NCBI GenBank assembly: GCA_051362555.1
Contig: CM120642.1
Span: forward strand, 10,106,001-10,170,000
Reading direction: 5' to 3'
Origin: Lingula anatina
Taxonomy: Eukaryota; Animalia; Brachiopoda
Length of the DNA stretch: 64,000 bases
The position numbers and the translations under genes were made by a program. The notes under the pieces were generated by a model. The model made no database searches, was not told the DNA's origin, and saw only the letters and a program-made list of their open reading frames with translations. Of this stretch, positions 23,501 to 37,000 are shown one piece after another. The stretch's first letter is position 1, and each line of letters begins with the position of its first letter.

Positions 23501-26500
23501 TCTGCGCAGAATTAGTTGTTCAGAATCCTGATTGTACTAGATTCAAATGCTCATGGCATTTTATTGGATGATTCAAAAAGAGTATTTTGGGCTCGTGATC
23601 TGGAACATAACTGGATGTGAGTGAAAAGATTAAAGTTCATCTAAATGTTAAAGATAGCCTTGGGTGTGTTTAGCACTTCCCACTTTTTGTTGCAGGTGTA
23701 TCTCCAGATTAAGTCACCACAATTATATATGAAAAACGTCTGTAGTTAATTTAATATCACTTCTGCATGTCAGGCTACTGGCGTGTTGTTGACAGCACTC
23801 CATTTGGCTGAATGTTGAAACAATTCAGTCAATAATATTACAAATATAATGTAGGCTTCACTTAATAATGCTCCTTTCATTTTATGTACATGTGCTAAAT
23901 GTCCCATGAAAATATATATATAAAATCCCAAAATTAAAACTGCCTCTTATTTACCAGTATGTGTAACTTTATAGCACTGTAGTACAACTGTTTGAAGTGA
24001 GTCCTGATTGTAGCTGTCGCCAGTCACCATTATAGTTACACAAGCTACGTACTGACAGAGGGCATGTAAAGCCAGTAGCATACACCTTATATTATATGTA
24101 TGTATGTAGAAAACACTTGTGGTCTAAAGTGAACTTCTGAACTTCACCTCTGGGGAACCTGATTACTGTGACGGAGGCAGAGAGGAGTATGTAAATAGAT
24201 TCTATTACACTGTGGATATATAGATTTGATGGACTTGTATTCACAGCATGGAAAACAAGGGGCTTGATATCAATGAACAAATGGAGAAAAAATGTTGAGA
24301 TGGGCAGGTTTTCAAATTGAACTGATAGATATGCTTCACTGGGAAAGTACTTGAGACACATATAGTATCCTCAGTGTACTGACACAGAGCTAATTCAAAA
24401 GCTTAGCATTTAGGATATACGTATTGAACTGTTGCATACTGTTGCATTACACAAAAAAATTTGACGGTTTTTTTGTAATGTTTTCTGGACCACACCTCAC
24501 AAATGCAGTGGACCTTTTCCTCCTTGTCTCAAGTTCGTGTGTAATAGATGCCGCCAGAGGCTAGAATTACTGTTACAGTATTTATTTGGATGAGCTGGGC
24601 ACGCACTGGGTTAACTAACACACCAGTGTGCAGCAGGGACTGCGCAATGATCAAACGCCTCAGGGATGAATTATTTATTTTACCTCAGTGAATTCTGGTG
24701 AATTCCGGCACCTTTCATTAATAGTGTGTTACTAAGCTGACAAGGATGTGCTTGGTTTCTGCATTACTGTGCACTGTGGGCTGTGTAATGTGCTTGGAAA
24801 AGACATCTCAAGCTGTAACATGTACCCACACCGCTACCCACACTTTGATGGAGGGCAGACATGAATTTGTATAACCGTTGGATGCTTTAAAAGTCATTTG
24901 AAGTCGTTACATTAAGATCTACCAAGTTGTAGTGCACAGACTAGCTAAAGCACAAATTTGGAGAGTCTATTTCTGATAATTAGGATGTTCATTTTGCTTG
25001 GAAAATAATATCAGTGGAAGCTATAACTTTTGCCTGCATATCTAGAGGACAGAATAGAATGTTGGGGTAGCAGTAGGATGTGAAATGTGCATGGAAAATC
25101 TGATCCTTTGAAGTTGTTTGTAACACCTACACCTACCTGTGGCTTGGTAATGGTAGAGTTGTAATAGTTATACCTTACAGCAGATCTTTACTTACACCTG
25201 AGGAGATACACATGGGATGCCTGCCAATTTTTTTGTTGTAGTATCACAGCCGGCATTGTTGTATCTGACTGTAACAAGCAAATAGTCCATGTTGTATATG
25301 GGAGGAGGCTCGAAAAAACCAGCTGTACCGTGTAAGGGCTGACTATAGTATATATTGGATGATAGTGAAGGTGAGGTGTTAGTAGTAAATTTACCCTGCT
25401 TTTTATACCCGTGGAATTGAAATGCAGGATCTGTCAGTCATAGGAACTGAACCTAGAGATTGATTTTTTCACTCTGGCTTTTTTTTCCTCTTTGTGAATG
25501 TTAATTGGTCCAAGTTTGTCAGTCACAAATTTCGTAATATTTGCAGACAAGACTGAGAAGCTGCATGTCTGCATGATGATGCAGATGGTTTGATTCTACA
25601 TGGGTCATTTTTTTCTGAAATTTAGTGGTGTCTTTCTCATGACTCACAGACGGGAAAAGGATCAGCATTATAGCCATCTAATGTCAGACATCACCTTGCT
25701 CTCTATGCATCACTCTATACATCATTATGTGTATACCGGTACATCCAGAAGCCGTTAAAGTGACAGTGGATCTTTATATGTATACAGCTAACTGACACTG
25801 CCTCCTTGTATTGTTGTTATTATTATTATTACATAGAGAGACCCATTGTCTAGATGGGTCCTCACAACAGAATGCAAAACAGTGAACAAGATGGACCTCA
25901 TAGTAATGGGAAGATTTTAAACAAAGGAGATACAAACTTTGGCAGTACCAGTGCTAGTGAATCTGGGAGCTCTAAGATCATACGACAAATGCATAAAACA
26001 CGCACGTTGGAGTTTCAGACTGTGTACGAGGTTATTGTTGTGCCTGACAATAACAATGTGCAAAAAAGTAAGTGCAGATGTATTTATGTTTGTCTGTTTG
26101 CTTCTTCATTTATCAGATTTATTATAAGAGGAATTTGTGTCTCACTTTAAATCGAAGTTGATTCTTTAAAAAGTCAACAGAAATATATGTAATGTGTAGG
26201 AGTCAGAGGGTAGGGTGCATCTATAATGACATCATTTTATTTTGGTACAGTACAATGTAGAAAATACATCTATATTCATAGGGAGAGGTGTTAGAGCAAA
26301 TTAGAGAAGGGGATTTTGATTTTTCATTGATGTAAATTAAGATTTAAATGCTAGAAGTTATACAAAATAATTCCTTAAAAAAGCAGTTTATCACAGGTGC
26401 AGTGAACACACATAGAGTCTGTATATACTTCCATATGATCCAGGGTGAAGTTTTACATTAAGATTCCTGAGGTAGTGTGTGACAAGGTAGGCATTGCTTA

Positions 26501-29500
26501 GCATACCTGGTCCAGGTAACTGTCATGGAGACATAATTACACACATCACACAGGTGATTACCAAGGCTTAAGTACTGTCAGGTATGTCATATTGCATTGG
26601 CTGTAGGATGTTTCTCTGTATTAAGTGAATACAATAAGTAATTTTTGGTCTGGAAGGGGTAGAACTTGTGGAAATGAACAGGTAGACAGACGGAAGAAAT
26701 AGGAGAGAGACATACGTTCCATCTGTGTGTGTGTGTGCATTTGTGGTGTAAGGAAGATAAGCGTGACATAGAGAAAGAGTACTCTATTACTAGTAGGAAT
26801 ATTGAGGATGTAGATGTGTATGCTTGTAGAACAGTTTATTGAATAAAGCCATGGTAAATATGATATACTTCTTCATATTCAGGAAAGGTAGTTTGATTAA
26901 AACAAAAAAGAAATAGAATCCATTGCCTTTTTCCCACAGTTCTCAATGACTTTTTGATTGCACCAGCTGGCTCCTAATATTACACAAAGACAGCATCAAG
27001 CCAGAAATGAATCCCATATTTGGAAAAGACCTTAGACTTGAAAAAAATAAGAGTGCTTGAATTTTAAACTATGTGATAAGGTTGATTTAGTTTATGGGAA
27101 GTTTAAAGGAGTGTGATTTATCTTTTTTTCCCCTGCATCTGCATGATGGCTTGTTAGTAAAAACCGCAGAAGGGAGCAGTCGGAATTTCTTGCTGAGTCG
27201 AATCTGGATCTGTTGCAAAATGTACTGATATCATTGTTGTTTAAAGACTACAACTGCATCTGTCTTATAAAAAAAGAAGAAAATCGATTGAGCATTAAAT
27301 GTGCTTATATTCATAGGCTCTCTACAGTTTAACTACAATGTTAATTGCACAAGGTTTGTATTACTGTATAAATAATGATATACAAATAAACTAGATACAA
27401 AAAACCATGATAATAAATTAGAAGTACAAACGTTTCTGTCAGTTTTACTTAAATCTCAGCTTTTGCAATCTCCTTTTATTGTCTTTTAACATTATTTTGG
27501 TCATGGGAGGAGATTATACAATTATACACCGTTGACATTAGCAAGCCCAAGTTTTGAAACTCGGTAGAGATGGGTTAAATAAATATGAATGTGTGGAAAG
27601 TCCAGGTGTCTTTGATCAACTATATGGTACTGAAAGTAAGTTCTTGCATTGGAGCGGGGGTTGGATTGGCAGATGGGTAGTCAAATGATTGGCCCCGTCA
27701 CTGAGAAGAAAACTTCAGACAATTAAAACTAGCACCTTTCAATGCTAGTTCTTGTTAACAATATCATGCTATAGTTGATATTGAAAAAAAAGCTAAAAAA
27801 AGTGTATAGTTGAAAGAAATCTTATACACAGCTTCAATAAAGAACCCATCACATTCAAAAAGACTTAAGCAGAGAAAGTGTACTTGGCTTACTTATCAAC
27901 AATAGGTTTTTTATAGGAGTCTGTATAATGATAGATATATCCACAGTGAGTGAAGGTGTCACCCCAGCAGGTGATGGTGATGGTAATCATGTTATCATAT
28001 GCTCTACTGGGGGACACCATTCACACACAGTTGACTGCACACACAATGGAACATTGTAGTTGATAGGCAGAGATTACCCCATGGCTCAGGTTTCAAAAAC
28101 TGGGAAGAATTTTATGTATGATAATCTTTTTTGATAATCTGGCTACTTCTCTTTTTTTTTTTTAATTTTCAAGTACTTACATGTATTTTCACTGGAAATG
28201 AGTTTTAAAGTCTCTATTATTATTATTATTATTATTATTTAGAAATGTTTTATTCATTTGGGAGTGGAACAATATATATAATGAAAGTGTTAGTTTTACT
28301 CTCAAAGGTAGATATTGATTCATAATATAAGTACACATATTATTATATTGATCGTTTATTCACACTTATTGATTGGCATCTTTATTCCATCTTTAAAAGC
28401 CCCCCCCCCAAGAAAAAAAGGGATATCATAAAATGATTTGACGTAATTATAATCTAATAATAATTAATAGTAATTAAATTAACTCTAGCCCATAGTCAAT
28501 GTGGTCTTTTTTATCGACATTGTAATATATACTATTAAAAGGCATAATATGTGTTATTATGGGTGTTTTAAGATGTGATAGGAATTGATAAGTACTTTCC
28601 TGTACATTAATGGGTTAAGTCTGTCATCTCACCCTTGTTTGACCACATGATGGAGTTGGGAGATGAAACATTACACAGCAAGACAGCTTGGTAGAGGATG
28701 TGCAGGGATTTGGAAAATGCTATAAAACCACAAAATAAGGGAGTTTTACTGTGGAGACATTGTTTGTGATTTGGGAGTGTTCGTATCTAGGAACATTATG
28801 CATTTGTGACCAGCATTCAGAATTTGAAAGCCAGCTGCATGGACATGCAGAAACAATTTTGGGAGAAATGAAAGAAAGAAATTTAGTTTTTATATTTATC
28901 AAAAAATAGGTACAGTTTATTTTATAATTGGCATTAAATTAATGTGATTAAAATTAGATTAACTGCGATAACCATAAAATTGTATATAATGTGTTATTGT
29001 TCATGTCATTGACAGCAGTATTTTCAACAACACTGTCTTCCATTTAAAGGGTTGCATGATCCTTGGATTTAGTGCATGCAGTAAAAAAAACTGACCCCAG
29101 GCAATGAGGAATACCAGCCCGCTTGGCGCCAGGTGTCGCTAGTGTGAATTCAGTCCTTCCTAGGTCGCCATGTTGGATATTGTATACGTTGGACTGTGGT
29201 ACTATCCTTAATAAACATGCCTCAGTATTGTTGTGTACCTGAATGTCAAAGTCGGCAAGGTGGGCATAATTTTCTTGAGGATTCAGGGCTTCGTTTGAAG
29301 TGAAGGGTTGCCCATGTCAACACACCTTCCATGTTAAAGGGTCAGTTACAACTTGACCCAGGAACAGTAATTAGGCCCCTAAAGATAGACGAGTTGCCTC
29401 AAAAAGAATACACGTAAAAAGGTTAATTGATCTTGGCAAAACTTATAAAGTTTTGGAAAGAGAGCTCCATAGCAAGAAAGTGCCCCTAGGAAGTATGATT

Positions 29501-32500
29501 TATCAAAGTGCGTTTTCTTATGTCCGTAATTTCAGAAGAGTTGTCAGTAAATATATATAAGTCCCGGTAGCCTACTACCCGCATAAGGTTGTGTTATTAA
29601 GTAATATCCTTTTTCATTGATGTATTGAGCATGACCGGTAATGTTAATTAAATAATTATTTTTATTTAAAATCATTATTCAGTACCTCGTAAGAATCATA
29701 AAACTAGGTATAGTTAGATAATTTATTTGTTCATGTATAGATGCAATTTCTCAGCCAATGGAATAATGCATGTTTGGAAATCTTTTTGTAACAGTTAAAG
29801 AAATAAAATTTAAAGAAAGAAAACATTTTATAAATGAACAGTTTTTGTTCTTTTTTTACAAAATAGCACTTCTGAATTGTTTTACTTGAGTAGAAACACC
29901 ATATTATTTCATCGCTCTGAAAATTCATTAAAAAGCAGCAAAACCAAATATTTTATTTAAACAAAATAATTATTCAGTCCATAGTAAAAACCATGAAACC
30001 ATGTAATACTTAGATAATTTATTTGTGCTATAACTTTCCTGAATATATAGCTGCAATTTCTCAGCCAATGGATTACTGTAGGCATGGAAAACTTTTTGTA
30101 ACAATTTAAGAATTAAAAATTAAAGAAAGCAAACATTTTACAAATTAACACAGTTTTTTGTTCCTTTTTACAAAATAGTACTTATGAATTATTTTACTTG
30201 AATAGAACCACCACATTATGTCATCACTTTGAAAATTCTTTAAAAAGCAGAAAAACCAAATGATTTGCTGTAAATACAACTAGCAATTTATTTCATCCCA
30301 CTAAAATACTTTACAAAATAGCATCATAGGTTTTTTTTCATTACAGTTAAATATTATTAAAAACAGCATAAACACATAAGTACTTTTTGTAAAGAATATA
30401 GCACCACCAAATTATTTCATTTTAGTGAAAACATTTTTTAAAATTGCACTTCAAAATTATGATTGCAGCTAAAACCATCTCATACAGGGGTACTTTCTAT
30501 AAACTGGTTGACACATACTTCCTATAGTGTTTTTCATTAAAAAAAGTTATCCTGGGCAAAATACATGTAGAAAAATATCCAGCGTCAGAATGAATCAACC
30601 CCACAAACAGATCTTTGAATGTAAACACAACAAAATAGCAGAATGGGCGATTTGTAATGAACATCTGGCCTTCTAACTTAGTATAGTATTCGCGGGTTTT
30701 CTTTAGGCCCAGATTCGTGCACGAGATACACATTCCAAAAAGGGGAAATCAGGTCCGGGTCCAACTGTCATGTGTCTGCAATGGTTTTGGACACAACAAT
30801 TATTCATACAGTTTGTTCATATACTTCTTCTCTGTAGCTGACATTATCTCTCCAAATCTGGAAGCAGTGATCCGCCATTGTCTCTCCTTGTGTCAGATTG
30901 CGCTCTTTCCTTGTTATAACTTGCTATGCTCAGTGTCCTTCGCTGTTTGTTCCTCAACCTGAAATAGTCATATCCCATGAAAGCATGGTAGATGGTTACA
31001 GCATTAAATAGTTAAGATACAATTTTATATTTCTATGATGTCACACATCACATTAGTTTGATAATTCTTTCTCATATTTGGGCCTGATTCTTAATATTAG
31101 GCCTCTGTTTTCACTTACATCATTCCCTCTATCCATGCATTATTGTTTTCATGGCACTTGGCAATAGTTGTTGTCCATCACAGCCGCCTGTAAGTCAGCT
31201 TTAGGGTAGGCATAACTGGTGGCTACATCAATCTTTGCCGCTGATGTGAAGTGACGGGTAAGATTCCTGAAGTAATCATTTTATCCTGCTCTTGAAGTTG
31301 GCTGTCCTGGGGTCCTGAAATCGACAGTTTCAGGCTTTGCCCCCAATATATGGGCCTTCTTTGGGTAACCTTATAAAGAAAAAAATAAGTACATTTACTA
31401 AGTATAAAAAATCTTCGTCTTTCGTGCTACTAAAACAAAATATGAGCGTAGGCCTACTCGTACCTACAGTAGTCTACATGTACATAACATGTCAGATTTG
31501 ACACACACACCTCGACTAATGTTCGATTTTTTTTCAAGGAAAATAGTTAGCATTCGTGTTTTTCAAGCACTAAATGAAAAGAAAACACATACCTTTCAGT
31601 CAATTCACATTTTCATCCAGATGTTATGGCACCACATTCAAGTAAATTGCGTTTGAGTTAGTTCACTGTCAGCGACGCGTGCACACGCTCCATGTTAAAC
31701 TCTGGTGTAAAGCCGTGAGCGAGATTCTGCGAGATTTAAGAAGGACTGCTTTCACCCCCACGCCATCTAGCGGCAGACCCTTAAAGCGGGTATTCCCCAT
31801 TAGTTGATCTCTCTGATAAAGTAGCTAGCCAGCTGTGTAGTTGAGAGCAGAGATATATGGGCTGGGTATAAGGTGGTGGTTGGATTGGAAGGTGAACCCA
31901 ATGGCAGTATGCACAGTCAATGGTAGTCACCTACTAAGAAATGTCATAGATATATTCTGTTAAGGTTAAGTTTTATCTTGTTTAGGTTGTAGATTATATT
32001 TTGCTTATGCATGCTCAAGTACCTGCTAATAAATTGCCTGTGTGGTCTTTTAGTTTAGTGCCTCTAGTTTGGCAAAGTATATCTACTCCAGTAAAGGGTA
32101 TGGTCAACTGCTTGGATTTTCATTCATTACAAATGATATTCTGTACCATGACCTTTTTCATCATAAAATATCCCTTAATGTTATTGATTTTTTTGTCCAT
32201 AGCAAGCAATTCCATTAAAACATTATACCATTCACTTGTCCTTCCACTTTCTCAAGATATTTTTAATTCAGGTCTTCAAACCAACACATTTTATGCTCTT
32301 TTCTTTGAAATTGAAAGGATGTTAGTAGAAAGCGTTTGTCCCAAGGCTATAAGCAACATATTTTATGGCCATGCACCTACCATCAAGCTTCTGCAGTATG
32401 TAAGATCTCTTAGATTTTGGTTATGATTGTCATAGAATTAGAATTGTTTTTTGTTTGATATGTATTATGGTATTATAGTAATTTATGTAATGATTTGAAT

Positions 32501-34002
32501 GCAAACTGATCAAAAATGAGTTATGATACTAAAGGGCATCTAAGAACAGGATGGCTTTCTATTTTGTGTAATCCTTAAAAGGAAATACCTCTTCAGCATA
32601 ACACATAGTCATGCAGTCTTTTCATGTGTAATGTGATATGGGGAGACAAGCTAGAGTTAATGACACTACTAAATAGTCCAAAATTCCCATTTTAAAAAGT
32701 GATGCATTTAATCCTTATATTTTGTTGCATAAAAATTTAAAAAGATTAAAACAATCTAACGATAAAGTGACAGAATGAAAAATACCAGCTTGAATATATT
32801 TCAATTTGTTCTTAAAAATGATAGAGAAATGTATCTTTTGAAATAAGGTAAATATAGAATTATGCCCAGAGCTAATGTGAAAAGCCAGTTCTTCAAATTC
32901 GGACAGATTTCCTTAGATTTATTTTTTATACCAAGCCTATAGATATACTGTAGATGCAGTCTATTATCATTACCTTGAGTATTATTGTTGGCATGCTATT
33001 TTACACTGGCTGCTGCCAGTTTTGGTTCATTGATGTTTTTTATATGGTTTTTATCAAGACTGTGATGTTATTGATATGGATCACATAACACACTGGCTGA
33101 GTTGAAGCTGTACTGTTGTGATAACGTGGGATTAAATCGAAATTGTACTTCCCAGGTTGTACTACCCAACTGGTAGCACCAGCTTCATCGGACAAACAGA
33201 ATCTGTTGTGTGTATCTACATTAGAATATGGGATGGTATAGAAAAGTGGGCAAAATGAATCATTCCATACCGTTTATCACAGATGGGATGAATGGAATTA
33301 ATATATGTACAAATATATTAGAATTCCATTTCTTAGGTTTGATAGAATATACCAATATTTCAGTGTTTTGAAAAATTGAAAAATCTAAATTGTAGTTATA
33401 TTTCAGTGTTGTAAAAAAGATAACATCAGAATTTAGTTATAATTTTAAAGTATTTCGTTTCTTCTTGGAACTCCCAAAGTCATAGCTAGGTATGACCTCT
33501 CCTCCCCTCCTCCCCCTATCTGACTGACAGTCTGTCTGTTCAGTTAATTATCCTGGGTGTGTACAGGCATTCCCTGACCTGAACTGTTGAGGTCAATGGC
33601 CTTTCATTTTGGGGGAAATTGCCCACGTGTACAGCTTCAACTCCTTGATAAGGTTAACCTGCCACTCACTGTACATATGAATTGAAAATACTGGCTTTAC
33701 ATCGATGTAAACAGGTTAATTCATCGATCAAATTGTTTTAAGTGATGGATTAATACTATTTGGTCAAAGCAGTGATACATAGTTGCTGAGAATTGGTTTT
33801 TATATTTATTTTTACCGAAGAAGAATAATTGTACTTTAGCTGATGGGAAAAAAGCATGCACTATTAAGAGGTTAACCAAATCTATGGCGTAAATAGAAGC
33901 AGCTTAAAAATAGCAGCAGCATCTCTCTTACTTAGGAACCGACTTAGGGAGCTTGTTTAACTGCCTTTCCTACTTCCAAGTTTCACTGTGATTGTCAAAC
34001 AT

Positions 34003-34064
<62 letters not shown>

Positions 34065-37000
34065 CTTATGCATTACCACAACTCATGTAATCTACCAGTA
34101 ACCAACATGAAGTCTTATGATGATGCACATTACCAGGCCCATATTTAGCTTTATACATATATCTTCTGATTACTACACCATTGTTGAAAGGGTTAAGTTG
34201 ATCTCTACCATTGCTGTCAGGTGGTACTTTTTTTTGGCAGAAAGAAATATTGCGTTGAGGGTGAAAGACCACTCTAATGATCTTTAGGGTTTTCAAGGTC
34301 TATAACATGCAGAGAATTAAATACATGTTCTATTGTAATTATGCCTGTGTATTTTAGAAAAAACTCCCTTTTTATTTGCCAATCACAAGGAATAACCTCT
34401 GAACCAACACTCATTCTCCATTTAGAATTTTTAATTTAAGCCTTAAGAAATTATACATAGAGCCTTTTTTCTGGGAAATATGAATAAAATTTTTCTACTA
34501 AATCAGTGAAATATTGGTGTATTTATCAATATGTACTCTATATAATGGCAAAGTATGCCTTTTGTTCAGAATAACATCCATGGTGGCACTTGTTTAAAGT
34601 CATCAGGTAGTTTTACCCATTCACCTTTTGTGCTGGTATCAAGTTAAACTAGATGAATTGAAAACTACCTGTATCAGGTGTAATACCTAGTAAATAAAAA
34701 AGATTACAGTATTGTCAAGTGTACATGGTGTTTCCTTTATATGGTAGATATTGGAAATGTTATTCTGAAAACTGGCACAGCAGCTTCATTTTTGAATATG
34801 TTTGTTTTCATATTTTCAGATAATGCTGTAAATATATATGCACGGTTAATAAACACAATTCAGTGACTATATTTAATCCTTTATTTCTGTTTTTATATCA
34901 GTTCTATACAGATATACACAGAATACAGAAGTGGGCAGGACAGAATTTAATATGATACATGGAGTATATTTTATATCATAATTATTGAAAATGCTTTGCA
35001 GTTTCAATCCTTTAGGAAAACAAAACCCAATTAATATTATTTTGAAATAATCAAGTCAAAATGGTTACAAAGAAAAAAAGAACACGGAAAATGATATACA
35101 TAAATTTACACAAATTTATTTCAGATCAAAACAAGAACAGGACGGTCAGGTCAGTGGTCAGCCTCAAGCCAAGCAGTGCAAACCAGCCAGACGTGGTCAA
35201 GCACTCCTTGACCAGATCTCGCGCCAATGCTGCCCAGGAGATCAGCCGTCTGGAGGCACTGTGTGAGCAGAGGACCAAGGAGCTGAACCTGCTGAAGCTA
35301 GAGCTCAAGGCCAGCCTCATGGGATTTGACGCCATGACGGTGACAGTTCGATATCTGACGGAAGAGGTGAGGACTGGTGACATTTAGATATGTGACTAGA
35401 AATATAGGTTGACTTTTTAAAATAGATATGGTTTAAAGTAAAATGCTACATTTTTTTGTAGGGATTAAAAACGAATTTAAGATCAAAACAAAATTTTGAG
35501 CAATGAAGGCAAAAATTGAATATATGTATATATCTCATATGTGCTCGTGTATTTTACATCAACATCACAGCACAAGAAGTTCAACTAATATGTGATAAAT
35601 TGAGACTGTAATGTCCTGAAAAGTAATATCATTATCAGTGGCATTGTACATGTACGTACTTGTGCAGTTTGTCAGTACATACTGGAGGACAGCCTGCTGA
35701 CATTGCATGCTGATAATTGCTATAGAGATTCTCAGTCACAGCAGATGCAACTGCTTACAATATGGAAAAAAATGTGTAAATATTATGGAGATTTTTCTTG
35801 GTTTTGTGAAAGGATATATTTTAACTGCTAGATGTTTTTAATACATATTGGTGTCACTGATTATCATAAATAGTTAAGAAAAGAAATTGAAAGTATGTTT
35901 AACTATTTCTTCAAAAAATAAATATATATATAAAAAAAACAATGCAGTTTGAATTGCATGATTGAAGCATTTAAATCAAAGCACCTGCTTCATAATGTAA
36001 AAAGAATTTAAGTAATCAGTTCTATGAAAGCATTCTCCTCACATGTGGGAGATGCATGCATTCTTATCATATCAACCTGTTCAGTTTGTGGCATACACCT
36101 CTGTTCAAATGTTACACACCTCCAGCATTGCCCAGCTTGTGTTGTGAATTATTTTGAAAATTTCACCAGTGCAGGGATGAGTCTAAGCCTAATTTGGTGG
36201 GTAACATTGCCTTTTTGAATATTTCCCTCCAGACACAAAATATATGGTTCTAGTAATCCATTTTCTCATGGAGTGTAGAATGTGTGTGGTTTATTGCAAT
36301 TTTCCATGATTTGTCTGGTAACAATGCCAAATGCCCTCCTAATTACATGAAAAAATATTATACTTTTGACTAACAAGGTACATCTGACCTTATTGAAAAC
36401 GGTGCTGAATGCTTTCCCTATAGACAAAAAAATGTCAAATAATTTTGGTTGACAGCTCTACATAATGTTTTTAAATAAAGATCCATCATCTAAGGCATAG
36501 GATGATATATATTTATATAGTTTTTGCTACACACCCCTGTGATAATCATTCTGTTTTTTCAAATATTCAGGATAACACTTCTTTCAAAGCTCACATGCCA
36601 GATAGATTGTCATTCATGTGTTACGTACTTACTCACTGAATTTCTATAAAATGGATTTTATTTTTCCTAAAATTATATTTTGTTGATGATATCTAAAAAA
36701 ATGTGTAGAAGTTCTGGAAAAAAAGTTTTAAGAATCTGTAATATTAGATCTTGAAAATGTACAAAATTGAAATAAATAGTGTGTATAAAACTCCTGAGTT
36801 ATTACCAAATTGGAGGTGTAGAGTCATCATGATATGTTACAGTATTAGCATTATGCGCATGTAAATCATGACACATAAATGATATCCAATGCCAGGTATA
36901 GATAGCTATTTGTATGGAGAACGGCCAAAAATACTAAAAATACATTTTAACTAATGACACAGTTATAATGTGCCAATGATTAACAGAGGCACGAGTAACT

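Larger units (their letters stand above)
29106..31798. mobile_element. ISL2EU-type (PIF/Harbinger-related) DNA transposon, internally deleted and decayed
   Basis: TIRs GAGGAATACC / GGTATTCCCC flanked by AT on both sides; shared subterminal GTGAA..CAGTCCTTC; convergent THAP-DDE (+) and YqaJ exonuclease (-) remnants. Confidence 0.85.

Noticed and set aside
32001-32426. 141-aa plus-strand ORF
   Set aside because: No splice context or domain; more likely the antisense of a decayed LINE fragment, which I also could not confirm.
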